Program-made: the position numbers and the translations under genes
The notes under the pieces: generated by a model
What the model saw: only the letters and a program-made list of their open reading frames with translations
Told to the model about the DNA's origin: nothing
The model's database searches: none
NCBI GenBank assembly: GCA_050945755.1
Contig: JBMNTN010000002.1
Coordinates: 1,662 to 65,661, forward strand
DNA: 64,000 nt
From: Bacillota bacterium
GTDB lineage: Bacteria; Bacillota; Dehalobacteriia; Dehalobacteriales; Dehalobacteriaceae
Reading direction: 5' to 3'
Shown: positions 56,049 through 64,000 of the stretch, in pieces
How positions within the stretch are numbered: the stretch's first letter is position 1
Layout: each line of letters opens with the position of its first letter

Positions 56049-56999
56049 ATGAAGGTCATCACCAGCTTGCAGGATTTTTCTTCACAAGGAAAATTTGTCT
56101 CAGTAGCATTAGGTAATTTTGACGGAGTCCATATTGGACATCAGCATATTATTAAACAACTTGTCAATGAGGCAAAAAGGAAAAATGGCATCAGCGTTGT
56201 ATTTACGTTTGAACCCCATCCTTTAAAAGTATTGAATCAAGCAAATTGTCCCCAGCTATTAACCAGATTGGAAGATAAACAGAGAATCATAAGCAATCTC
56301 CATGTTGATTTTCTTCTTTTGTATCCTTTTAATCTTAACACAGCTCAAATGATTCCTGATGATTTTGTTAAGGAAATACTCATTAAGGGACTGGGGGCAA
56401 AGCATGTTTTTGTTGGCTTTAATTTTACCTTTGGTCGAAAAGCACAGGGTACTGCAGAAACGTTGAAGGAAATTTGCGCCAATTATGGTTGCGAAGTAAC
56501 AATATTCCCTCCTGTTATGGTGGATGGGGTCTGTGTCAGCAGTACCAGAGTAAGGGAATGTTTGACCAATGGCCGCATTAAAGAAGGGAACATGCTATTA
56601 GGTTCTTATTATCAGATAAAAGGAACGGTAGTGCATGGTGATAAAATTGGCAGAGATATGGGATTCCCTACGGCAAATCTGGCATTTTCTTCGGAAATAA
56701 TTGTTCCGGCCAATGGGGTGTATGCTGTAAAGGTACTAACGCGGGAAGGAGTTTTTGACGGGGTTGCTAATATTGGTTGCCGGCCAACTATTGGCAATAA
56801 CCTTCCCCGAACTATTGAAATTCATATTTTAGAACGAACTTTAAATATATATAATCAAGAAATCAAAGTTTTTTTTGTAGACCGATTAAGAGATGAAATT
56901 AGATTTTCCGGGAAGGAGCAGCTAGCTCACCAAATTTATGAAGATGTTGAGAGAGCAAAATTTATCTTGAATAGTTTCAATTTACCGATTGTTAAATAA
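56049..56999 (+). CDS. ribF: bifunctional riboflavin kinase / FAD synthetase
   Basis: LGNFDGVHIGH in the FMN adenylyltransferase domain. The C-terminal kinase domain has GFPTANL. Confidence 0.92.
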   Translation: MKVITSLQDFSSQGKFVSVALGNFDGVHIGHQHIIKQLVNEAKRKNGISVVFTFEPHPLKVLNQANCPQLLTRLEDKQRIISNLHVDFLLLYPFNLNTAQMIPDDFVKEILIKGLGAKHVFVGFNFTFGRKAQGTAETLKEICANYGCEVTIFPPVMVDGVCVSSTRVRECLTNGRIKEGNMLLGSYYQIKGTVVHGDKIGRDMGFPTANLAFSSEIIVPANGVYAVKVLTREGVFDGVANIGCRPTIGNNLPRTIEIHILERTLNIYNQEIKVFFVDRLRDEIRFSGKEQLAHQIYEDVERAKFILNSFNLPIVK

Positions 57000-57097
57000 T
57001 AGGTCACGTGGTAAAGGAATAATAAATATCCTTTTTTCATAAGATTTCACAAATGAGTTAATAGCGGCAGGTTGAAGATGCTCCCGTTTCATAGAGG

Positions 57098-57328
57098 GTG
57101 GATAGTTTGCGTGTAGTTATTTCCGGTCATGCCAGAAAAAGGCTAAAGGACAACCGACAGGGGAGTATCACAAGGGATGATATCATTGGTGCTGCTCAGC
57201 AAATTCCCGGACTAATACCAACGGCGACAAGATTTCGGGGATACATAGCAAAATCAGGCAGGATTTTTGATATTGTGGCAAAAGACATACCAGGTGGACG
57301 TTTGGTTATTACAATTATCGGAAAGTAG
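57098..57328 (+). CDS. DUF4258-like small protein (toxin-like fold), orphan
   Basis: ISGHARKRLKDNRQGSITRDDI ... GRLVITII parallels the DUF4258 pattern (HA..R...RgI...ev ... vVITvy). GTG/TTG start. Confidence 0.4.
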   Translation: MDSLRVVISGHARKRLKDNRQGSITRDDIIGAAQQIPGLIPTATRFRGYIAKSGRIFDIVAKDIPGGRLVITIIGK

Positions 57329-57329
57329 C

Positions 57330-57358
57330 TTGCGTAAGTGAAAAAAATCGGTTATAAT
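57330..57358 (+). promoter_or_regulatory. sigmaA promoter of rpsO
   Basis: TTGCGT (57330-57335), a 17-nt spacer, TATAAT (57353-57358). Confidence 0.55.
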
Positions 57359-57463
57359 CCTTATGATAAATATGGGTATCAACCGTTTGCTAGGATTAAC
57401 GAAAACTCCGACGTTTTTCTTGGCTGGCGGCGTTTAGAAAGATTAAAGGAGGTGAAGTTTGCT

Positions 57464-57733
57464 GTGACATTAGTATCAGAGAAGAAACAGGAAATAATTG
57501 ATAAATTTAAAATCCATGAAAGCGATACCGGTTCGCCGGAAGTGCAAATTGCCATTTTAACAACAAGAATTAACCATTTAACCGAGCACCTGAAGATTCA
57601 CAAAAAGGACCATCATTCCCGCAGAGGTCTTCTTAAGATGGTTGGTCAGCGTAGGGGGTTATTAAACTACCTGAAAAAGAGTGATATCGAAAGGTATCGA
57701 AAGGTAATTGAAGCACTGGGATTACGGAGATAA
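57464..57733 (+). CDS. rpsO: 30S ribosomal protein S15
   Basis: GTG start 8 nt after AAGGAGG gives the canonical 89 aa (..[24 protein letters not shown]..). Confidence 0.93.
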   Translation: MTLVSEKKQEIIDKFKIHESDTGSPEVQIAILTTRINHLTEHLKIHKKDHHSRRGLLKMVGQRRGLLNYLKKSDIERYRKVIEALGLRR

Positions 57734-57735
57734 GG

Positions 57736-57763
57736 AGAGCGGATTATCCGCTCTTTATTTTTT
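57736..57763 (+). terminator. intrinsic terminator after rpsO
   Basis: agagcgg-attat-ccgctct followed by tttatttttt. Confidence 0.75.
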
Positions 57764-57915
57764 CTTATTTCCACTCCTAAAGGCAAAAGTATTTTATGGG
57801 ATGCATTTTTTGTTAATAGTATTGGCATTAGAAGGAAATAATATTATATGTGTCGAAGTTTAATTAGTTGAAAAGATAAGCATTTTTACAAAACAGGAGG
57901 TTTAAATTATTTTTT

Positions 57916-60078
57916 ATGCAGAATCAGGCGTTTAGAAAGAGTATGGAGGTTGGAGAAAGAACGTTGACCCTGGAAACCGGCCGCATGGCAAAACAGGCGA
58001 GCGGAGCTGTTTTTACTACATATGGTGACACAATGGTACTGGCAACTGCTACAGGATCTAATGAACCTAGGGAAGGGATTGATTTTTTCCCATTGACGGT
58101 AGATTATGAAGAGAGATTATATGCCGTAGGGAAAATTCCGGGTGGTTTTATTAAACGGGAGGGACGACCTAGTGAAAAAGCAATTCTTTCCTCACGGATG
58201 ATTGACCGTCCAATCAGACCGTTATTTCCCAAAGGCTATAGAAATGATGTGCAGGTTGTTACTACGGTGATGTCTGTAGACCAAAACAATCCTCCCGATA
58301 TTACGGCAATGAACGGTGCTTCTGCCGCTCTTACTATTTCCGATATTCCCTTTCAGGGACCGATAGGTGCCGTGTCTGTAGGCCGGGTAGATGGAAAGTT
58401 TATTATTAACCCTACGGTGGATCAGAGAAACCAGAGTGATATGCGCATAACGATTGCCGGCACCAAAGACGCGGTAATTATGGTTGAAGCTGCGGCCAAT
58501 GAGGTGCCGGAAGAGGAAATTCTCGAAGCCATTATGTTTGGCCATGATACTATTAAAAAAATTGTTGCCTTCATTGAAGAGTTTCGTTCTGAAGCGCTAG
58601 ACTTAGGCTTGGCTAAAGAGAAACGAGAGTTTACTCCGGAAAAACCTGCAGAAGAAATGGAAGATAATATTCGTTCTTATGGCACCAGTCAGATAGACGC
58701 TGCCATCCGAAAGTGTGCTCAGGAAAAAATGGCCAAAAAGGATCGGGAAACTTATTTAAAAGAAATAAAGGAAGATATTTGTAAGCATTTTGAGGAGGAG
58801 TATCCTGAGGAAGATAAAAGTATTAAGGCGATTGTTGATACGATAGAAAAAGAAGTGCTTCGCCGAATAATTGCCAAAGAGAAAATACGTATTGATGGCC
58901 GGAAAATCAATGAGGTACGCCCTATTTCTGTTGAAGTGGGTGTTTTAAGCCGGACACATGGTTCTGCTCTTTTCACCAGAGGCCAAACCCAGATTCTTAA
59001 TGCCTGTACATTGGGTGCAGTAAGTGATGAACAGATTTTGGATGGGCTGGGTCTTGAGGAGTCAAAGCGTTATATGCATCACTACAATTTTCCCCCATAC
59101 AGTGTTGGGGAGGCTAGGCCGATTCGTGGTCCTGGACGAAGGGAAATTGGCCATGGTGCTCTGGCAGAAAGGGCTTTGGAACCGGTTATTCCTTCCGAAG
59201 ATGATTTTCCGTATACCATTAGATTGGTATCAGAAGCAATTGAATCAAACGGTTCTACATCAATGGGCAGCGTTTGCGGCAGCACCCTTTCTTTAATGGA
59301 TGCCGGTGTTCCTATCAAGGCGCCGGTTGCCGGTGTAGCAATGGGATTAATCAAAGATGAGGAGCATATCACTGTCCTAACTGATATTCAGGGGATTGAA
59401 GATTTTTTGGGTGATATGGATTTTAAGGTAGCGGGGACTGCCCAAGGGGTAACTGCCATTCAAATGGATATTAAAATTGCGGGAATTAACAGAGAAGTTC
59501 TCCAGCAGGCTTTAGCTCAAGCTAAAGAAGGCCGGATGTATATCTTAGGAAAAATGCTGGAAGTAATCAGTGAACCTCGGAAAGAACTTTCTCCCTACGC
59601 GCCGCGTATCATTAGAACAAAGATTCACCCGGATAAAATCAGAGATGTAATCGGTACCGGAGGTAAAATTATCAAAAAAATTATTGAAGACACTGGGGCA
59701 AGTATTGACATTGAAGATGACGGCCGGATATTTATTGCCAGCGTAGATGGTGCAATGGGTGAAAAAGCGTTGAAGATTATTGAAAATATTACTCAGGATG
59801 TAGAGGTTGGACGTACTTATCTGGGCAAAGTGGTTAAAGTAATGGACTTTGGTGCTTTCGTGGAAGTGATTCCGGGGGTTTTAGATTTACCCGGAAAAGA
59901 AGGGATGGTACATATCTCCCAGTTAGCGAATAAACGGGTGGCGAAAGTAACTGATGTGGTTAAAGAAGGGGATGAAGTCCTGGTTAAAGCAATTGGCATT
60001 GACAGCCAAGGCAGGGTAAAGCTTTCCCGGAAAGAAGCTCTTCGGGACCAAGAATCACGAAAAATGTTCGAAGAGTAA
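57916..60078 (+). CDS. pnp: polyribonucleotide nucleotidyltransferase (PNPase)
   Basis: Two RNase PH domains, then KH and S1 domains. 720 aa. Confidence 0.95.
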   Translation: MQNQAFRKSMEVGERTLTLETGRMAKQASGAVFTTYGDTMVLATATGSNEPREGIDFFPLTVDYEERLYAVGKIPGGFIKREGRPSEKAILSSRMIDRPIRPLFPKGYRNDVQVVTTVMSVDQNNPPDITAMNGASAALTISDIPFQGPIGAVSVGRVDGKFIINPTVDQRNQSDMRITIAGTKDAVIMVEAAANEVPEEEILEAIMFGHDTIKKIVAFIEEFRSEALDLGLAKEKREFTPEKPAEEMEDNIRSYGTSQIDAAIRKCAQEKMAKKDRETYLKEIKEDICKHFEEEYPEEDKSIKAIVDTIEKEVLRRIIAKEKIRIDGRKINEVRPISVEVGVLSRTHGSALFTRGQTQILNACTLGAVSDEQILDGLGLEESKRYMHHYNFPPYSVGEARPIRGPGRREIGHGALAERALEPVIPSEDDFPYTIRLVSEAIESNGSTSMGSVCGSTLSLMDAGVPIKAPVAGVAMGLIKDEEHITVLTDIQGIEDFLGDMDFKVAGTAQGVTAIQMDIKIAGINREVLQQALAQAKEGRMYILGKMLEVISEPRKELSPYAPRIIRTKIHPDKIRDVIGTGGKIIKKIIEDTGASIDIEDDGRIFIASVDGAMGEKALKIIENITQDVEVGRTYLGKVVKVMDFGAFVEVIPGVLDLPGKEGMVHISQLANKRVAKVTDVVKEGDEVLVKAIGIDSQGRVKLSRKEALRDQESRKMFEE

Positions 60079-60100
60079 AAAGCACCGTCGGTGCTTTTTT
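60077..60100 (+). terminator. intrinsic terminator after pnp
   Basis: aaaaagcac-cgtcg-gtgctttttt. Confidence 0.75.
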
Positions 60101-60174
60101 GCTTAGGATATAGCTCTTTCATAAATAAATCTTTCCCCGAATAACATTAATTAGCAAATAAGGGGAGGAATATT

Positions 60175-60912
60175 ATGAAAGTTATATTCTTGTCGAAAAA
60201 AAGCTTTACAAACTTGGCTATTGGTTTACTATGTTTATTAACTGTTGTTTATCTTGCTGGAAACTGGTGGCAGCAAAGTACTACGGTAACCGCTGACAAG
60301 CGTATTCCAATTTATCAGGGATCATCTGAAAAAAAACAGGTTAGTTTGGCGATAAATATAGATTGGGGAGAAGAATATCTGCCTGATATGTTAAACATCC
60401 TGGAAAGTAATCAGGTCAAAGCTACATTCTTTATCACCGGGCGTTGGGCGCAAAAATTCCCGGAAATTACCCGAAGCATAGCGCAAAAAGGACATGAGAT
60501 TGGCAACCATGGATTTAGCCATGCCAGCCCAAATAAAATGTCTCTTGAACAAAACAAGAGCGAAATTACAAGGACGATGTCAGTAATTGAAAAAGCTACC
60601 GGTAAGAGAACTCGGCTATTTGCTCCGCCCTCCGGAGAAAGAGCGGACCACGTGCTTCAGGCAGCAGCAGAGCTAGGACACTCTACTATTCTTTGGAGTG
60701 TGGACACTATTGATTGGGAGCGCCCGTCTCCTGATGTAATTATCAACCGAGTATTTAAAAAAGTGCATAATGGAGCGATTATTCTTATGCACCCTACTAA
60801 TTCGACGTTGGAAGCTCTGCCGGAGATTATTCGGGAGCTTAAAAATCGTGAATATATATTGGTTACCGTTTCAGAAAATGTATTTACCAGCGTGGCGGAA
60901 GAAGACGGATAA
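60175..60912 (+). CDS. polysaccharide deacetylase (NodB) family sporulation protein, YlxY/PdaB-like
   Basis: NodB motifs (TFFITGRW, GHEIGNHGFSH). Same position after pnp as ylxY in B. subtilis. Confidence 0.8.
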   Translation: MKVIFLSKKSFTNLAIGLLCLLTVVYLAGNWWQQSTTVTADKRIPIYQGSSEKKQVSLAINIDWGEEYLPDMLNILESNQVKATFFITGRWAQKFPEITRSIAQKGHEIGNHGFSHASPNKMSLEQNKSEITRTMSVIEKATGKRTRLFAPPSGERADHVLQAAAELGHSTILWSVDTIDWERPSPDVIINRVFKKVHNGAIILMHPTNSTLEALPEIIRELKNREYILVTVSENVFTSVAEEDG

Positions 60913-60988
60913 ATTGATATTCCTTTAAACACTTAATTTGTTGGATTGGACTAAAAACTTATTGTAAATGATTATTCGGGAGGCAACA

Positions 60989-62254
60989 ATGATCTATAAA
61001 GACACACTGCCAAATGGAATCAGGGTAATCACAGAAGAATTGCCATTTGTTCATTCCGTATCTATGGGGATTTGGGTGGGCACAGGTTCCCGTTATGAAG
61101 ACAAAAAAATTCACGGGATTTCCCATTTTCTTGAACACATGTTGTTTAAAGGTACGGAAAAACGCAATGCAAAGCAAATTGCGGAAACACTAGAAGCAGT
61201 CGGCGGACAGATTAATGCTTTTACGTCAAAAGAGTTTACTTGTTTTTATGCCCGGGTTCTCAGTGAACACTTTGGATTGGCAGCAGATGTGTTAACCGAT
61301 ATGTTTCTCCATTCTCTTTTCAAAGAAGATGAAACTGAAAAAGAAAAAAATGTAATATTAGAAGAAATCAAAATGTATGAGGATACTCCTGATGATCTGG
61401 TACATGATGTTTTTTCCAGAACTATCTGGCAAGATAACTCCCTGGGGCAGTCAATTATCGGCACAGCTGAAACAGTGCAGAGCCTGAACAGAGAGCAGTT
61501 GTTAGATTATTACAAAGTTAACTATGTTCCTCAAAATATGGTGGTAGCTGTAGCTGGAAAAATCACCCGGAATCAGGTGGTAGATACCATTGGCACTCTT
61601 TTTGACAGGTTTGGTGGAAGCCCAAATCCGGTTAATCTTCTTGCACCTCAGATATCCGGTGGAACAAATTATGTTAGTAAAGATATTGAACAGGTACATC
61701 TCTGCCTGGGGAATCCCGGACTATCAAATCAAGATTCTAATATCTATGCGTTATTAGTTCTCAACAGTGTGCTTGGCGGAGGAGTAAGCTCACGCCTTTT
61801 TCAAAAGGTTAGAGAAGAAAAGGGTTTAACATATTCTATTTATTCCTATCATTCGGGATATACCGATACCGGCCTTTTTGGCATATATGCCGGTACCGGG
61901 CCCAATAGCGTAAATTCTGTGATCGCTATTATTCTGGAACAAATTAAAGATATTAAAAAGCATGGAGTAACAGAGGAAGAGCTTTCGCGGACTAAACAAC
62001 AAATAAAAGGAAACATTCTTTTAGGGTTAGAAAACGTGAGTAGCAGGATGAATCGCTTAGGGAAATCTGAAATCAGTTTTGGAAGGATAATTACGCCCGA
62101 AGAGGTAATAGAATCAGTGATAAATGTAACGAACGAATCAGTAATCGAGATAGCTCGGCAAATTTTTCAGATTGATAAATTTTCTCTGGCGGTGATTGGG
62201 CCTGGCAAATTAAATATTGATTTTCCCTTGATGTTGGAAAAGGCAGGTATTTAA
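60989..62254 (+). CDS. M16 (insulinase/pitrilysin) family zinc peptidase, MlpA/YmxG-like
   Basis: HFLEHMLFKGT (HxxEH) motif. ATG after GGGAGG. Confidence 0.88.
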   Translation: MIYKDTLPNGIRVITEELPFVHSVSMGIWVGTGSRYEDKKIHGISHFLEHMLFKGTEKRNAKQIAETLEAVGGQINAFTSKEFTCFYARVLSEHFGLAADVLTDMFLHSLFKEDETEKEKNVILEEIKMYEDTPDDLVHDVFSRTIWQDNSLGQSIIGTAETVQSLNREQLLDYYKVNYVPQNMVVAVAGKITRNQVVDTIGTLFDRFGGSPNPVNLLAPQISGGTNYVSKDIEQVHLCLGNPGLSNQDSNIYALLVLNSVLGGGVSSRLFQKVREEKGLTYSIYSYHSGYTDTGLFGIYAGTGPNSVNSVIAIILEQIKDIKKHGVTEEELSRTKQQIKGNILLGLENVSSRMNRLGKSEISFGRIITPEEVIESVINVTNESVIEIARQIFQIDKFSLAVIGPGKLNIDFPLMLEKAGI

Positions 62255-62314
62255 GTAATGGGGAAGTCTAAATCAAAAGATGATAAATGATATAATTTAT
62301 TAGGGTGAGGAATA

Positions 62315-62764
62315 ATGGCAGAAATTAAGGTGCAGGTAAAGTATTTGAGCCACCACCATGGTCTCAATAAACCTCAATATCAGACTTCGGGAGCTGCTGG
62401 AATAGATCTGACGGCGGCCAATGAACAAGAAATTGTTATTGAATCCGGTAAAATAGCATTAGTGCCGACCGGGATTTGTCTGGAAATACCCCCAGGATTT
62501 GAAGCTCAGGTTCGGCCTAGAAGCGGTCTGGCGCTAAAATACGGAATCACTGTTCTCAATAGTCCCGGTACGATTGATAGTGATTACCGAGGTGAAATCA
62601 AGGTAATTCTAATTAATCTGGGTAAGGAAAAATATATAATTAGTCGGGGAATGCGAATTGCCCAATTGGTGGTAAATAAAGTAACCCGCATTTTATTAAC
62701 TGAATGTGACTCTATTTCAAAAACAGAAAGAAATGCCGGAGGATTTGGGCACACTGGGGTTTAA
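62315..62764 (+). CDS. dut: dUTP diphosphatase
   Basis: AAGIDL, RSGLA, GTIDSDYRGE and C-terminal GGFGHTG motifs. Confidence 0.92.
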   Translation: MAEIKVQVKYLSHHHGLNKPQYQTSGAAGIDLTAANEQEIVIESGKIALVPTGICLEIPPGFEAQVRPRSGLALKYGITVLNSPGTIDSDYRGEIKVILINLGKEKYIISRGMRIAQLVVNKVTRILLTECDSISKTERNAGGFGHTGV

Positions 62765-62831
62765 TTGAACGAGGAATACTCTTCTTTTTATTTTCATATA
62801 TTCATATGAAAAGAGGGAAGAGGTGATTTTG

Positions 62832-63089
62832 ATGAAGCTGAGTGAATTAATTGGGAAAAAAATTATTAACGTATATGATGGAGGAATTCTTGGTACCGTC
62901 GGAGATTCAGACTTAGTGATTGATCCTTTTTCCGGAGAAATAGAATCAATTATTCTACCTAATAAAAGTAACTTAATAAATGTCTGGTTTCAAAAACAGC
63001 AGTTGGTTATTCCTTGGTCTTCCGTAAAAAAAGTTGGTTCGGAGGTAATTGTTGTAGATCTGGATGAAAGCCACGGTAAAATGTGGTAA
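62832..63089 (+). CDS. ymxH: YlmC/YmxH family sporulation protein (PRC barrel)
   Basis: MKLSELIGKKIINVYDGGILG N-terminus typical of YmxH. Confidence 0.85.
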   Translation: MKLSELIGKKIINVYDGGILGTVGDSDLVIDPFSGEIESIILPNKSNLINVWFQKQQLVIPWSSVKKVGSEVIVVDLDESHGKMW

Positions 63090-63134
63090 ATCATTCTGCG
63101 GTGTTGCTCAATTGCCATAGGTGTGGAATATCCT

Positions 63135-63159
63135 AAAATCGCTGTAAGCGATTTTTTTT
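63135..63159 (+). terminator. intrinsic terminator after ymxH
   Basis: aaaatcgc-tgtaa-gcgatttt followed by a T8 run. Confidence 0.75.
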
Positions 63160-63220
63160 ACAAGGTTTTTTATTGAGAATTGTTAAGTTAAAAATTTTTT
63201 AATGGAAGGTGTTGACAGGG

Positions 63221-64000
63221 TTGCCGGAAAAAATTAAAGTTGTCTTTGCCGGAGTAAACGGAAAAACTGGACGTGCAGTTTTAAAAGGAATAATGAACGA
63301 ACCTGATATTGACATCGTCGGTGCAGTGGATATTAATTCCCAGGGGACAGATATCGGGATGTTGATTGGTTTTCAGCCGGTTAATATTTTGGTGGAAGAT
63401 GATTTAGATCAGGTGATAAAAAATACTAATCCAGATGTATTATTAGATTTTACCAGCCCGGCATCGGTTATGAAGAATATTGAAATTGCTGTTGAAAACA
63501 GAGTAGGTTGTGTTATCGGGACTACTGGTATTAGTCCGGAAGATTTAGAGATTGTAAAACAGTGGTCTGATCAATACCGGACTCCGGTGTTTATTGCGCC
63601 AAATTTTTCTATTGGGGCAGTTTTAATGATGCGATTTGCCCAAGAGGCAAGCCGTTATTTCCCCAATATTGAGATAATTGAAAAACACCATGACCAAAAA
63701 GTAGATGCTCCATCTGGGACAGCACTGAAAACATTGGAATTAATTGCTGAGGAAAGAAAGAGCATGCGTCAGGGTTCCTCTGCGGAAGTAGAGAAACTTA
63801 GCGGAGCCAGGGGTGGGGAATACCAAGGAATGCATGTGCATAGTATCAGGCTTCCTGGTTATGTTGCGCACCAGGAAGTTATTTTTGGCGGGGATGGACA
63901 AACATTGACCATTAAGCATGATACCATCAACCGTGACTGTTTTGCTCCTGGAGTACTATTAGCTATTCGAAATCTCCAGCACTTGGAAGGAGTGATATAC
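63221..64000 (+). CDS. dapB: 4-hydroxy-tetrahydrodipicolinate reductase (3' end cut by the window)
   Basis: My own translation: KIKVVFAGVNGKTGRA ... IIEKHHDQKVDAPSGTA. TTG start at 63221 (or 63212). The frame stays open to position 64000. Confidence 0.88.
   Translation, partial: MPEKIKVVFAGVNGKTGRAVLKGIMNEPDIDIVGAVDINSQGTDIGMLIGFQPVNILVEDDLDQVIKNTNPDVLLDFTSPASVMKNIEIAVENRVGCVIGTTGISPEDLEIVKQWSDQYRTPVFIAPNFSIGAVLMMRFAQEASRYFPNIEIIEKHHDQKVDAPSGTALKTLELIAEERKSMRQGSSAEVEKLSGARGGEYQGMHVHSIRLPGYVAHQEVIFGGDGQTLTIKHDTINRDCFAPGVLLAIRNLQHLEGVIY

Noticed and set aside
57338-57463. Upstream extension of rpsO (131-aa ORF).
   Set aside because: S15 is 89 aa. GTG at 57464 has AAGGAGG at the correct spacing. 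The predicted promoter places the transcription start downstream of 57338.

Overview
By eye this is an AT-rich, almost entirely plus-strand-coded stretch of core chromosome from an endospore-forming Firmicute. The IspH-S1 fusion, the DUF512-der arrangement and a spoVA operon starting at spoVAC suggest class Clostridia. I cannot assign a species. The content is housekeeping and sporulation genes in blocks syntenic with Bacillus subtilis. In order: dacF-spoIIAA-spoIIAB-sigF; dodecin; pckA (minus); spoVAC-AD-AEB-AEA-AF followed by a three-gene HgdC-type activase/dehydratase-like module; cca-like, M50 protease, trpS, scpA-scpB; an amidase-domain protein; ytfI/ytfJ-like; dacB, spmA-spmB, rluB. Then a small irregular region (minus-strand stress-protein gene plus an amber-interrupted zinc-ribbon ORF); cobO, FAH, a HI0933-like flavoprotein; a HutP-family gene with a structured leader; trpF-like, aroF, cmk, plsC, ispH-rpsA; DUF1614, spoIIP, two DUF3189 paralogs, DUF512, der, plsY, gpsA, spoIVA. 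Finally ACT-hom-thrB-aspartate kinase; tRNA-Pro(GGG); hsp20 (minus); rimP-nusA-ylxR-ylxQ-infB-rbfA-DHH-truB-ribF, a DUF4258-like ORF, rpsO, pnp, a polysaccharide deacetylase, an M16 peptidase, dut, ymxH and dapB (cut by the window end). I see no rRNA, CRISPR array, IS element, prophage or recognisable defence island. I found no convincing wholly new system. The best candidate is the activase plus two dehydratase-like paralogs, translationally coupled to the end of the spoVA operon. Smaller oddities are in the findings: the amber-split zinc ribbon, the hutP leader, CcpN-like boxes on the pckA promoter, a frame-disrupted ytfI, a truncated ADH and a TrpF-like protein lacking the catalytic Cys. 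All calls rest on motif recognition, synteny and manual hairpin/promoter reading. No database search was run. Start codons were refined by eye from RBS placement and homolog N-termini and may be off.
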